Notes under the pieces: generated by a model
Told to the model about the DNA's origin: nothing
The model's database searches: none
The model's input: the letters and a program-made list of their open reading frames with translations, nothing else
Translations under genes and position numbers: made by a program
In this document: positions 63,126 to 64,000 of the stretch, in pieces
Layout: every line of letters starts with the position of its first letter
How positions within the stretch are numbered: position 1 is the stretch's first letter
Assembly: GCA_020137815.1 (NCBI GenBank)
Contig: CM035354.1
Location: 4,774,001 to 4,838,000, forward strand
Direction: 5' to 3'
Length of the DNA: 64,000 nucleotides
Origin: Hormiphora californensis
Lineage: Eukaryota > Animalia > Ctenophora

Positions 63126-63239
63126 CTCTTTCTCTTTCTCTCTCTTTCTCTCTCTCTTTCTCTCTTCTATTTTCAGTCTCTTTTCTATCAATATATATAT
63201 TTCTATATATTGAAATATTGATAGAAAAGAGAATGAAAG

Positions 63240-63337
63240 ATTGCATTGCAGTTGACAACTCGCTAAGAATATCTCGATTCGGTAAATATATATACCGAAT
63301 CGAGATATCCTTAGCGAGTTGTCAACTGCAATGCAAT
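63240..63337. repeat. Near-perfect 98-bp palindrome (hairpin MITE-like) inside the MULE
   Basis: ATTGCATTGCAGTTGACAACTCGCTAAG...CTTAGCGAGTTGTCAACTGCAATGCAAT. Confidence 0.85.
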
Positions 63338-64000
63338 ACTGCCTACACCCTGAGGTGGAGGGTAGGCAAAACTGCTCGTAGGCATTATTGTCAACATCAG
63401 TGGTAAAATCACAGTTTTGCCTACATGGTAGGCATTATGTACCGTAGGCAAAACTGCGGTTTACCCCCCTGGTGTTGACGATAATGCCTACAAGCAGTTT
63501 TGCCTACCCTCCACCTCTAATTAGGTGTTTTAGGGTGTAGGCATTATTGACCGTAGGCATTATTGTATGCTACCCTACAGAATGGCGCTACGGTGCGGGA
63601 AAAAAAATTCCATTGCCTAAAATCGTTTTTTTTACTTTTATTTGATTTGGGTCAAAATTGGCTATATCAAACGTGGTCCCGAAAAATCCATAATGACTTA
63701 GCACACGAAATATGTCACCCCCACCTATTTTTGCACGTAGAATCGATTGCCGTTGAAGTCGAATCTCTAAAATGACTGTAAAATGGTCAAAAGTTGATTT
63801 TTTACCATTTTTTTGAGGTTTTTGGCCCCTAAACCATTGAACACGTTGAGATAGGAATTTGAAACTAGTGCCAATCGTTAAAATGGTCATTTTTCTACCA
63901 AGAACCAAGTTTTCGTGTATATCCGATTTATGGTTAGATTTGGGCAAATTGTTGAAATCTGCCAACTAGGAGAACCGTAGCTTGATTTTTTCCTTTTTTA

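Larger units (their letters stand above)
61435..63574 (+). mobile_element. Internally deleted Mutator-like (Phantom-type) transposon with subterminal ATAATGCCTAC repeats
   Basis: 8-bp TSD CTACAGAA at 61427-61434 and 63575-63582. Imperfect TIRs, and arrays of ATAATGCCTAC / GTAGGCATTAT at both ends. Confidence 0.85.

Noticed and set aside
63585-64000. 125-aa ORF 63588-63965
   Set aside because: AT-rich TE-like sequence truncated by the window edge, with no domain evidence.

Overview
Gene-dense animal genomic DNA with short GT-AG introns and many (CT)n/(AG)n tracts. It is most likely a ctenophore, because two genomic copies match the ctenophore-type spliced leader (SL, ...ACACTACTTTAAACAAATTAATTTGAG; reference recalled from memory, not searched). 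Genes reconstructed by hand: (1) a minus-strand, probably GPI-anchored Ly6/uPAR-like surface protein whose splice sites are captured in three minisatellites; (2) two tandem EamA/DMT (SLC35G-like) transporter paralogs with RGG/KGG-rich tails; (3) a 15-exon IMPDH whose ~7.4-kb intron holds two antisense nested genes, a secreted Sushi protein and a keratin-like Gly/Ser-head coiled-coil protein; (4) an intronless bacterial-type flavin monooxygenase (Tmm/mFMO-like); (5) Ran; (6) three TTF1/DMTF1-like Myb paralogs packed operon-like with CEP135; (7) a small coiled-coil gene; (8) aminoacylase-1. Repeats include MITEs, Helentron-like elements, a deleted FLYWCH-MULE (Phantom-like) transposon and a degenerate HDV-like ribozyme. 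The most striking feature is a 1.25-kb retro-insertion with the structure SL / 5'UTR / intact LINE ORF1 only / 3'UTR / (TAA)5, flanked by a TGATA target-site duplication. Its empty site is visible in a neighbouring duplicate. Several genes carry +1 insertions, mostly in homopolymers, that look like long-read consensus errors. Exon coordinates are manual and may be off by a few bases.
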